From assembly GCF_009831105.1 (NCBI RefSeq), contig NZ_WUUQ01000002.1, positions 510,001 to 542,000 of the forward strand: DNA of 32,000 nucleotides. The letters are read 5' to 3'. Shown piece by piece: positions 25,965 to 32,000 of this stretch. The notes under the pieces were generated by a model that saw only the letters and a list, made by a program, of their open reading frames with translations, was not told the origin of the DNA and made no database searches. This DNA comes from Copranaerobaculum intestinale (GTDB taxonomy: Bacteria; Bacillota_I; Bacilli_A; Erysipelotrichales; Erysipelotrichaceae). Numbering within the stretch: position 1 is the stretch's first letter; every line of letters starts with the position of its first letter. A program made the translations under genes and the position numbers.

Positions 25965-26351
25965 TTATTGTGGCAGAGTTTTTTCCGGATATGCAGTTTT
26001 CATGATGCACATACAGATATCATCATACTCGATCCGCATTTCGGTGGATTTTCCCTGAGAACTCGTATAACGGACATCGGCGGTCAAATCTTCATAAGTA
26101 ATCTCAATTTCATAATTATTCCATGATAACGATTCGGTTTTGGGATAATCAGTTTCAAATATTTCTTTTACATGATGAATAATATAAATATCAATCAAAT
26201 CATCTGGTTTTCTGCTCATAATCAAGCTTTTGCTTCTCAGCATGATGGCAGCGGAAAATATGATTACGATCTGTAATAGCAAAACCGCATACATGCTGAC
26301 AAAGCCCTTTTGATCAGCAGCCAAGCAGGGCCTGTTTGGTTGTTTTTTCAT
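25965..26351 (-). CDS. comGG: ComGG-like minor pseudopilin
   Basis: Last pseudopilin position in the operon. The N-terminus ...DQKGFVSMYAVLLLQIVIIFSAAIML resembles the ComGG hydrophobic segment. Start ATG 26351 is chosen inside ORF 26432 and overlaps comGF by 38 nt. Confidence 0.55.
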   Translation of the reverse strand: MKKQPNRPCLAADQKGFVSMYAVLLLQIVIIFSAAIMLRSKSLIMSRKPDDLIDIYIIHHVKEIFETDYPKTESLSWNNYEIEITYEDLTADVRYTSSQGKSTEMRIEYDDICMCIMKTAYPEKTLPQ

Positions 26352-26709
26352 GAGTGTGTTTCCATCGCAGATAGATACATGTATCTTCTTTATAAAATTG
26401 TGCAGATTGAAGATTACTCGAAAATATTTCATATCCCGGACGCTTTACCAATCGATTTTGGTCTATTTGCAGAACACTCTCCTTATCCCGATACAACAAG
26501 ACTAATGTTTGATCCTCTATTGCCGCTTCACTGCCTTCGGCAAAAATGCGTCGCAGCTGATGGATCATGATTCGATCACTGGTGGCATATTCTTGCTTCG
26601 GCACATGCAGCATAGCATTCAGTACACTGAATACCAACGGAGTCAAAAACGCACAAATGCTCAACGCAATGATCATTTCTATTAATGTAAATCCATCCTT
26701 ATTCAGCAT
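26314..26709 (-). CDS. comGF: ComGF-like minor pseudopilin
   Basis: Prepilin leader MLNKDG|FTLIEM followed by a hydrophobic helix. Assigned from its position in the operon. Confidence 0.75.
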   Translation of the reverse strand: MLNKDGFTLIEMIIALSICAFLTPLVFSVLNAMLHVPKQEYATSDRIMIHQLRRIFAEGSEAAIEDQTLVLLYRDKESVLQIDQNRLVKRPGYEIFSSNLQSAQFYKEDTCIYLRWKHTHEKTTKQALLGC

Positions 26710-26872
26710 ATATTGCTTTCAGCTCCTCTTCCTCATGGCTGATTAACTTCAGCCGCTCCACATGTGAATAGCCCTGAACAGCAGCAGCGGTAATCGAAAC
26801 GGCAATCACGATACCGAGCATAAAGATACAGATTTCTATTAAGGCAAAGCCATTATTATTGAATTTGCGCAT
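26699..26872 (-). CDS. comGE: ComGE-like small pseudopilin (57 aa)
   Basis: MRKFNNNG|FALIE prepilin motif plus one hydrophobic helix. Start ATG 26872 lies within ORF 27049 and overlaps comGD by 17 nt. Confidence 0.6.
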   Translation of the reverse strand: MRKFNNNGFALIEICIFMLGIVIAVSITAAAVQGYSHVERLKLISHEEEELKAIYAE

Positions 26873-27248
26873 GACCGCTTCCCAGTTGAATAAGTAGCTT
26901 TCCTTTTTGTTTTCCGCTGTAACAGGTAATCGTACCAGCATGGTTGACCTTACCTGAAGGATAAATCGTAAAAATTTGTGAATCACAGCTGACGCCCTTA
27001 GGCATAGAAACATGTGAATGATTAAGAACCAGTGAGGTATTTTGAACATGAAACGTCATCGTTTGATGTGTCTGTATGGCATTCAGCTGAAGCTGTAGGT
27101 AGTGATCCTGCATTTCCATCATAAAAAAATAAAGATTTCCTTGGTGGATGCCATGACTAACGGAAATTGTTAGCAAAATCAACAGCACCATGAGCACAAG
27201 GATCATTTCAATCATAGTAAAGCCGTCAGTTGCTTTCAGCTTGTCCAT
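26856..27248 (-). CDS. comGD: ComGD-like minor pseudopilin
   Basis: MDKLKATDG|FTMIEM prepilin motif plus a hydrophobic helix. Overlaps comGC by 23 nt. Confidence 0.75.
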   Translation of the reverse strand: MDKLKATDGFTMIEMILVLMVLLILLTISVSHGIHQGNLYFFMMEMQDHYLQLQLNAIQTHQTMTFHVQNTSLVLNHSHVSMPKGVSCDSQIFTIYPSGKVNHAGTITCYSGKQKGKLLIQLGSGHAQIQ

Positions 27249-27522
27249 TGACTATCTCGATAGCGGCGCCATTGGGGCAGCGGCGCTGTGAATCCTTTAA
27301 ATAACCCTCACCAATTAGATCAGATATACTTCCAGGCTTATTCAGCGTTTCCAGTTCATACAGCAAAATTTGTGAGTTAACGACCTCCTTTAGCGCATCA
27401 CAGCCCTTGTTTTGGATGATTTTTTGTTTCTGCTGAATATTGGGCAGAGTGATCAGAAAAATCAGTGCAATGATGGATAATACAATAATCATTTCCAGAA
27501 TCGTAAATCCCTTTTTGTTCAT
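27226..27522 (-). CDS. comGC: Major competence pseudopilin ComGC
   Basis: 98 aa. MNKKG|FTILEM class III signal, a hydrophobic helix, and two Cys in the C-terminal half. GGGGGAG RBS. Confidence 0.9.
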   Translation of the reverse strand: MNKKGFTILEMIIVLSIIALIFLITLPNIQQKQKIIQNKGCDALKEVVNSQILLYELETLNKPGSISDLIGEGYLKDSQRRCPNGAAIEIVNGQAESN

Positions 27523-27537
27523 AAGCTCCCCCTCTGT

Positions 27538-28629
27538 TTAAAAGGTATTAAGCAATTCCAACGGAATCAGCATCATGCGGTATATGCAGACAGCAACGAT
27601 TCCAACAAAGCTATAGGCACTCAGGGTGATACAAGCGGTAATGCGCTTCATCCAGAAAAGCCAGCGGGCTTCCTGTAAAATCATATAGTCATTCAGCAGA
27701 TCCTCCAGATTGCCGATGGCAGAACCGATTGACAAATACATAATCAGTTGGTGATCGATCAAAGGATGTTGAAGCGCATCCAACAGTTCAATGCCCGCTT
27801 CCAATTTTGTATTGATACAGGACGCGATCTCTTGTAAAACATAAGAGTGCTGATGACTGGATAAATGCTGGAAACATATTTTTGTCGATAGTCCGCTATG
27901 ATGCATTTCTTTTAAATACCCACTTAGCAAAAAACTGTAATACGCAGGGACAAAGGCAACGCGATGACATCGACAGAGTATAGAATAGCGAAATGATGGC
28001 TGAAACCGCATGATCAGCAGGAATATGAAGAAAAGTAATAGAATTGCGCCAAGCAGCCAAATGCTGACAGTAACCAAGTGAATCAAAAAGGTAATGCCCG
28101 TATCTGCTGTATAATCAGCAAACCCCTGCTGCATCTGAGGAATGACATATACACAGAAAAGATAAAGCGTCAGATAAGAAAAGGTAAATAGAAACATGGG
28201 ATATGCGCTTTGCTTCCAAAGCTTTTTCTGGATATCATGGCGAAAATCATAGACGCGTGAAGCACAGGCAACACTTTTTGATATCGGCAGAAAACGCATA
28301 AAGAACTGCAGCTGATCATAGAAGGTATCAGAGCAGCTGCGCTTCAGAATTTCATCCATGGACATACCGTTGCCGATTGCGGTTTCAAGAAGCAAAGGAT
28401 CTTTCCCCATCATCTGTAAGGACTGATTAAAGCTGTATCCTTTGTGCAAAAGCAAACCAAAGGATTTCCATTCATTTTGACGAAGTTTCAAGATCGGCAG
28501 CTGCTTCTTTTTCTGAAATCCAGCCTTCTTTAACTGCGATTCGGATTTCTTGAAAAATATCCTGATGCTGTTGACTGACTGATTGATTTTGAAGAATCTG
28601 TTCAAGACTTTCATGTTCCAGTATTTCAT
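27538..28629 (-). CDS. comGB: ComGB (GspF/PilC-family pseudopilus platform membrane protein); start uncertain
   Basis: Polytopic membrane protein with the N-terminal ComGB-like segment NEWKSFGLLLHKGYSFNQSL. The first in-frame ATGs (28629, 28614) lie about 150 nt inside comGA. TTG 28491 would give a 20-nt overlap and a 317-aa product. Confidence 0.8.
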   Translation of the reverse strand: MKYWNMKVLNRFFKINQSVNSIRIFFKKSESQLKKAGFQKKKQLPILKLRQNEWKSFGLLLHKGYSFNQSLQMMGKDPLLLETAIGNGMSMDEILKRSCSDTFYDQLQFFMRFLPISKSVACASRVYDFRHDIQKKLWKQSAYPMFLFTFSYLTLYLFCVYVIPQMQQGFADYTADTGITFLIHLVTVSIWLLGAILLLFFIFLLIMRFQPSFRYSILCRCHRVAFVPAYYSFLLSGYLKEMHHSGLSTKICFQHLSSHQHSYVLQEIASCINTKLEAGIELLDALQHPLIDHQLIMYLSIGSAIGNLEDLLNDYMILQEARWLFWMKRITACITLSAYSFVGIVAVCIYRMMLIPLELLNTF

Positions 28630-29470
28630 AGATGCAGATTCGCTCCTTTTTTCCCTTCTTCGCAAAGAGCCGTTGGTTAGTAATGGCCGATAGCGTACCG
28701 AGCAATTCTTCACGCCTCAAGCCAAGCTCACACAGCCGTTTTACCGCTTCAGCAGCGCTCTTTGCATGAACCGTCGAGAATACCATATGACCGCTTAATG
28801 CGCACCGAAAGGCCATTTTGGCGGTCTGAGAATCTCTGATTTCACCAATCATGATCACATCGGGATCATGCCGCAGCAATTGCTTTATTCCCTCCTCATA
28901 TGTGAAATTGGCTTGCTCATTGATCTGCAGCTGTAAATACTCGTCACTGTGAATTTCTATCGGATCTTCTAAGGTGATAATCTTTAATTTATGATGCGAT
29001 GCAATTTCACTGAGTATCGCATGCAGTGTAGTGGTTTTCCCACTGCTGGTCGGACCGCTTAAGATAATCATGCCGCTGCGAAATCTCGTCCAGTTTATGA
29101 AGCTTCGATTTTGATGCTTATGCGGTGATAGATGGTGAATATCAATCAGTAAGTGATTGTTTAAAATACGCAGTACTCCGGTTTGAAGCTGCGGTGTCAT
29201 CAATAAACTAAAACGGAAATATAAATTTTTATCCTGCAAAGATAATTGGAAATTACCGGACTGCGGCTGTGCCAAATTACCCAAATCCAGATTGGCCAGA
29301 TATTTGAGATAGTGAAATAATGAGAGATCAAGCGTTGGCTCATGTAATTCAATAATGCCGCGGATTCCCCGCACACTGATTTTCAGCGTCTCTTGTTTAA
29401 CTGTAAAATGCACATCTGTAGCATGATAACGCGCCGCTAATTTCAAAAGCAGTTCCAGTTTTTCTCTCAT
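28472..29470 (-). CDS. comGA: ComGA (GspE/PilB-family secretion ATPase)
   Basis: Walker A GPTSSGKTT, Asp box/Walker B region DPDVIMIGEIRD, His box GHMVFSTVHA. Confidence 0.92.
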   Translation of the reverse strand: MREKLELLLKLAARYHATDVHFTVKQETLKISVRGIRGIIELHEPTLDLSLFHYLKYLANLDLGNLAQPQSGNFQLSLQDKNLYFRFSLLMTPQLQTGVLRILNNHLLIDIHHLSPHKHQNRSFINWTRFRSGMIILSGPTSSGKTTTLHAILSEIASHHKLKIITLEDPIEIHSDEYLQLQINEQANFTYEEGIKQLLRHDPDVIMIGEIRDSQTAKMAFRCALSGHMVFSTVHAKSAAEAVKRLCELGLRREELLGTLSAITNQRLFAKKGKKERICIYEILEHESLEQILQNQSVSQQHQDIFQEIRIAVKEGWISEKEAAADLETSSK

Positions 29471-29496
29471 GTAACGCCCTCTTTCCTTCCCCTTTC

Positions 29497-29520
29497 TATA
29501 CGGATAAAAGTATAGTATAC
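29497..29520. promoter_or_regulatory. TATAC/GTATA repeat cluster (palindrome GTATA-G-TATAC plus an upstream TATAC) in the comG promoter region
   Basis: TATAC at 29497-29501 and GTATAGTATAC at 29510-29520. On the minus strand this reads TATACTATACT, giving two overlapping TATACT -10-like hexamers 38-48 nt upstream of the comGA ATG. Confidence 0.3.
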
Positions 29521-29522
29521 CT

Positions 29523-29554
29523 AAAAAAAAGATATATCATAATCGACATATCTT
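29523..29554 (-). terminator. AT-rich terminator after the MBL-fold hydrolase gene
   Basis: Minus strand: AAGATAT (29554-29548), 12-nt loop, ATATCTT (29535-29529), then TTTTTTTT. Confidence 0.5.
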
Positions 29555-30166
29555 CTAGTATAAATAAGGATTGTGAAGCAATTCTTCCTGAATGGTAGTA
29601 GCAGGTCCATGTCCCGGCAGTACAATTAGCTCGGGAGACAGTTTTTTTATAAACTGCAGCGTATGCGTCATTTTCGAATTTGATCCGCCTGGTAAATCCG
29701 TGCGGCCGATGCTCATTTGAAACAAAACATCTCCGCAGATCAGATACGGCCCCCATTCCAGCATAATACTTCCTTCGCTGTGGCCCGGTGCATCATAGAC
29801 GTGAAACTGAAATGCCCCGATTTTCTGAATGCCCGGCATGATATTATTCACCTTGCTTTTCAGCGTGAACGCTTCTTTGAACATCGCGGAGCAGTTTAAC
29901 GATGCATCGTAAAGCAGCGGTTCATCAAGTTCGCTAATGTAAATCGGACAGCCGTATTCTTTTGCCCAGAAATCCGCACCTTCAATGTGATCAATATGTC
30001 CATGGGTCAAAACGATGGCGTCAACAATCCCCTTCGCTGATTCGATATGTTCCCTCACCGCAGGATTCTTGCTTCCGGGATCAACAATCATTACATGATG
30101 ATCTTCCCAAAGCAGATAACAGTTTGCCTGGATCGGGCCCAATACTAATGTTTCATACTTTTTCAT
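29555..30166 (-). CDS. MBL-fold metallo-hydrolase (glyoxalase II-like; B. subtilis YqgX-like by position)
   Basis: THGHIDH metal-binding motif, then later GHSEG and LPGHG. 203 aa. Confidence 0.88.
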   Translation of the reverse strand: MKKYETLVLGPIQANCYLLWEDHHVMIVDPGSKNPAVREHIESAKGIVDAIVLTHGHIDHIEGADFWAKEYGCPIYISELDEPLLYDASLNCSAMFKEAFTLKSKVNNIMPGIQKIGAFQFHVYDAPGHSEGSIMLEWGPYLICGDVLFQMSIGRTDLPGGSNSKMTHTLQFIKKLSPELIVLPGHGPATTIQEELLHNPYLY

Positions 30167-30177
30167 ATTTGTCTGTC

Positions 30178-30201
30178 AATAAAAAAGACCGCAAAGGTCT
30201 C
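30178..30201 (-). terminator. Short terminator after rpmG
   Basis: Minus strand: GAGACC, loop TTTGC, GGTCTT, then TTTTATT. Confidence 0.5.
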
Positions 30202-30203
30202 TT

Positions 30204-30353
30204 CTATTTTTTCTCCTTATGTGCAGTCTTTTTGTTACAACGCGGGCAAAATTTATTGATTTGCATACGTTCTGGATGTTTACGTTTATTACGTGTTCCG
30301 ATGTAGTTCTCTTCGTTACATTCTGAACATTTGAAAGTAATACGATCTCTCAT
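30204..30353 (-). CDS. rpmG: 50S ribosomal protein L33 (zinc-ribbon C+ form)
   Basis: Not in the ORF track because it is under 60 aa. My translation of the minus strand gives MRDRITFKCSECNEENYIGTRNKRKHPERMQINKFCPRCNKKTAHKEKK (49 aa), with CxxC...CxxC. GAGGAGGG RBS 6 nt upstream. Confidence 0.9.
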   Translation of the reverse strand: MRDRITFKCSECNEENYIGTRNKRKHPERMQINKFCPRCNKKTAHKEKK

Positions 30354-30380
30354 AGTGTCCCTCCTCGTACATGCGTTAAG

Positions 30381-30410
30381 ATTATATCATATAACATATG
30401 AAATTGCTAA
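30381..30410 (-). promoter_or_regulatory. Sigma-A promoter of rpmG with extended -10
   Basis: Minus strand: TTAGCA (30410-30405), 18 nt, then TGaTATAAT (-10 at 30386-30381). Confidence 0.45.
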
Positions 30411-30439
30411 TCTTTTTTATAAAAGTATAAAATGTCTGA

Positions 30440-31999
30440 TTAATTCGCACTTTTTGCCAAATCCGGGTAGTATTTGTAGAACTCTTTCAGGACTCTTGGC
30501 ATAATATCGTTACTGCAGCTGTTTGACTGGATGTTATCACTGTAAGACGAATTCGGCGCAACACAGGCAAAAGCCAAATTAGGATTCTCATACGGTGCAA
30601 ATCCAATCAAGGATGCATGGGATGCTTGAATCAGCGTACCGTTCTCATAGAACGGATTCTCGGCAGTACCGGTTTTTGCAGATACTTCATACGGCGTTGC
30701 AAGATCTGTTACACCACCGCACCAACCGGTTGACACACAGGTGCGGAACCCCAGCCGGGAACGTTCTAAATTATTATTTTTATCATTTAGCACCGACAAT
30801 ACCTCAGCCTTATTTTCATAAACCAATGAAGATTTATCATTGACTTCATAGGCGCCGGATACGATTCGCGGCTTCACACGCTTACCGCCGTTGGCTACTG
30901 TGGATGCGTACTGTGCTAACTGCATCGGCGTATACGTATCAAGCTGTCCGATTGCAAAGTCTAATAACAGACCTGCCTGTCGGCTTAAACCGACATAACC
31001 GGTTTCCTCCTGCGGTACATCCACACCGGTTTTTATACCGAGACCGAACATCGAATAATACCGCCGCATCAGATCAAACGTAGACAGATTCAAATTCAGC
31101 GGACCATATGGTGTATAAGTGCCACCGCCTAGCTTAATCGCGATATTGAACATATAAACATTACTGGATTTTTGGAGAGCCCCGATTTCATCCAGCGGTC
31201 CGTAATTTCGATAAGATGCTTTTTTCGTACCTCCCTGAAAATACATCGGAGCGTCATTGAATACCGTGTTTTTGGTAATTGCACCCTCATTGAGTCCCAT
31301 GAATACAGTAGCACCTTTGACGATTGATCCCGGCGTATTCGCATTGAGATACGTACCGGAAGCGTACGGATATAGATTTCCGGCATCATCTGTATTGATT
31401 CCGGACATGGCGTATACTTTGCCATCCTGAGGATTCATCAGTACTACAAATGCGTTCTTATAGTATTTACGATACTGATTCGATTTTGCGTTCTGCAAAA
31501 CTTCGGTGAGAATCGCATCTATGGACTTCTGCAGCTCTATGTTAATATTCAACTGCAGATCATAGCCTTTTTTCCCAGCTTTCACCTCATTGAAGGTTGC
31601 TTCGCCATCCTTATTGTATTTGATTTCCTTAACGTTACGAGTTCCGCTCAGCAAAGCTTCATACTCCTGTTCCAAGCCGCTGGTACCCACTTGATCGTTT
31701 AACGGATAGCCGAGTGCCTGGTAATGAAGCCGGTCCTGAGACTGAATCGTACCAATGTTACCCAATACATCTTTTAATGTTTTATCATACGGATATTCCC
31801 GCTTCCACCCACTGGTAACTTCAAATCCGCGAAATTCATTTTGATGTTCACTCAGATAACTGACCTGCTCATCGCTCACGTTGGACAAAATCGTTTTACT
31901 TTCATTTTCCGAAACGCTCTGCATCAGCAGCCAGGTCGGATACGCCTCCCGATAATCCTGTGGCAGATCATCAATATCGGCCTGCTTGATTCGTTTCAT
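30440..31999 (-). CDS. Class B penicillin-binding protein (transpeptidase), N-terminus outside the window
   Basis: SxxK (GSIVKG), SxN (KSSNVY) and KTGT (SAKTGTAE) motifs. The ORF is open to the window edge. Its position upstream of rpmG resembles B. subtilis pbpA. Confidence 0.9.
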   Translation of the reverse strand: MKRIKQADIDDLPQDYREAYPTWLLMQSVSENESKTILSNVSDEQVSYLSEHQNEFRGFEVTSGWKREYPYDKTLKDVLGNIGTIQSQDRLHYQALGYPLNDQVGTSGLEQEYEALLSGTRNVKEIKYNKDGEATFNEVKAGKKGYDLQLNINIELQKSIDAILTEVLQNAKSNQYRKYYKNAFVVLMNPQDGKVYAMSGINTDDAGNLYPYASGTYLNANTPGSIVKGATVFMGLNEGAITKNTVFNDAPMYFQGGTKKASYRNYGPLDEIGALQKSSNVYMFNIAIKLGGGTYTPYGPLNLNLSTFDLMRRYYSMFGLGIKTGVDVPQEETGYVGLSRQAGLLLDFAIGQLDTYTPMQLAQYASTVANGGKRVKPRIVSGAYEVNDKSSLVYENKAEVLSVLNDKNNNLERSRLGFRTCVSTGWCGGVTDLATPYEVSAKTGTAENPFYENGTLIQASHASLIGFAPYENPNLAFACVAPNSSYSDNIQSNSCSNDIMPRVLKEFYKYYPDLAKSAN

Positions 32000-32000
32000 T

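Noticed and set aside
29490-29505. TCCGTATA upstream of comGA, considered as a streptococcal-type ComX cin-box (TACGAATA).
   Set aside because: It matches at only 6 of 8 positions with no supporting upstream T-rich element that I can align confidently. There is no evidence in this window for a ComX-type sigma factor.
30160-30203. The MBL-fold hydrolase gene has no visible Shine-Dalgarno, and a TTGACA hexamer sits only 8 nt upstream of its ATG. I considered whether it is leaderless or has a novel initiation mode.
   Set aside because: There is no -10 element positioned to create a leaderless mRNA. The gene follows a weak 5-6 bp rpmG terminator, so read-through plus SD-independent initiation is sufficient. 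It is noted only in connection with the missing rpsA.
1-32000. I scanned the whole window for CRISPR repeats, tRNA/rRNA genes, IS elements or terminal inverted repeats, toxin-antitoxin pairs and defence-system hallmarks (nucleases, helicases or methylases in accessory context).
   Set aside because: I saw no direct-repeat arrays, cloverleaf-sized conserved RNAs, transposase or integrase ORFs (xerD is the housekeeping recombinase) or small overlapping two-gene cassettes. Apart from 9.6-13.7 kb, the window reads as core chromosome.

Overview
This window is a gene-dense chromosomal core segment of a spore-forming, low-GC Gram-positive (Bacillota) genome. I saw no CRISPR array, transposase, integrase, phage gene, rRNA or tRNA.

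Gene content falls into blocks whose order mirrors Bacillus subtilis:
- tlyA(yqxC)-recN-spoIVB-spo0A, then dinB
- spoIIM-xerD-deoB, then an Mrp/ApbC ATPase
- on the minus strand, dapB, hup, spoIVA, a Cache-PAS-GGDEF diguanylate cyclase, prfC, gpsA, der, cmk and a tail-anchored hypothetical
- ppa and efp
- a compact comGA-comGG pseudopilus operon plus an eighth small membrane ORF
- an MBL-fold hydrolase (yqgX-like), rpmG (L33, absent from the ORF track) and a 5'-truncated class B PBP

Nine consecutive plus-strand genes (40-9609) converge on an almost entirely minus-strand block (13745-31999). At the convergence point sit a dif-like 28-mer, about 2 kb from xerD, and a roughly 4 kb non-syntenic three-gene insert. 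The insert holds a MarR regulator, a secreted protein with an unrecognised N-terminal domain plus two Ig-like repeats, and a divergent FUSC-type membrane protein.

I found no clear defence or mobile system. The most interesting items are the dif-like site with the adjacent recombinase-less insert, an EF-P with Arg rather than Lys at the loop tip, the absence of rpsA between cmk and der, and an unusual comG promoter region.

All functional calls rest on motifs read from the translations and on synteny. No homology search was run. Promoter and operator calls are consensus matches made by eye.
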